Source: the human T2T-CHM13v2.0 reference genome, Homo sapiens
Strand: one strand, 5' to 3'
Assembly: GCF_009914755.1 (NCBI RefSeq)
Contig: NC_060927.1
DNA: 64,000 bases
In this document: piece by piece, positions 63,968 through 64,000 of the stretch
How positions within the stretch are numbered: the stretch's first letter is position 1
How the letters are laid out: every line of letters begins with the position of its first letter
Translations under genes and position numbers: made by a program
The notes under the pieces: model-generated
The model's database searches: none
Seen by the model: the letters and a program-made list of their open reading frames with translations, nothing else
What the model was told of the DNA's origin: nothing

Positions 63968-64000
63968 CTTTTTTTTTTTTTTTTTTTTTGAGACAGAGTC
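63968..64000 (-). mobile_element. Tail of an Alu running off the window edge
   Basis: Poly-T followed by gagacagagtc. Confidence 0.8.

Overview
Primate (apparently human) genomic DNA carrying one protein-coding gene, RAP2B (Ras-family small GTPase, intronless CDS 3263-3814, + strand). The gene sits in a CpG island and is followed by a long AU-rich 3' UTR with several candidate poly(A) signals, the most distal plausible one at about 11.2 kb. The remaining ~52 kb is gene-poor and made of about 45 Alu/FLAM/FRAM pieces (many with readable target-site duplications), L1 and L2 fragments, MIRs, MaLR LTRs, hAT/Tigger DNA-transposon fossils and one processed 7SL RNA pseudogene. All other ORFs in the track are best explained as Alu, repeat or GC-rich artefacts. 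I found no evidence of a new multi-gene system. The best leads are: (1) an L1PB-type 5' UTR fragment that looks like a spliced integrant; (2) a separate CCAAT x4/TATA/MEF2 module ~1 kb upstream of RAP2B that appears to face the other way; (3) two uORFs in the probable RAP2B leader; (4) a possible inverted-Alu duplex gated by the distal poly(A) site; (5) TEAD/AP-1 motif clusters; (6) palindromic template-switch scars. Repeat family names come from recalled consensus sequences, not from a search, and repeat boundaries are approximate.
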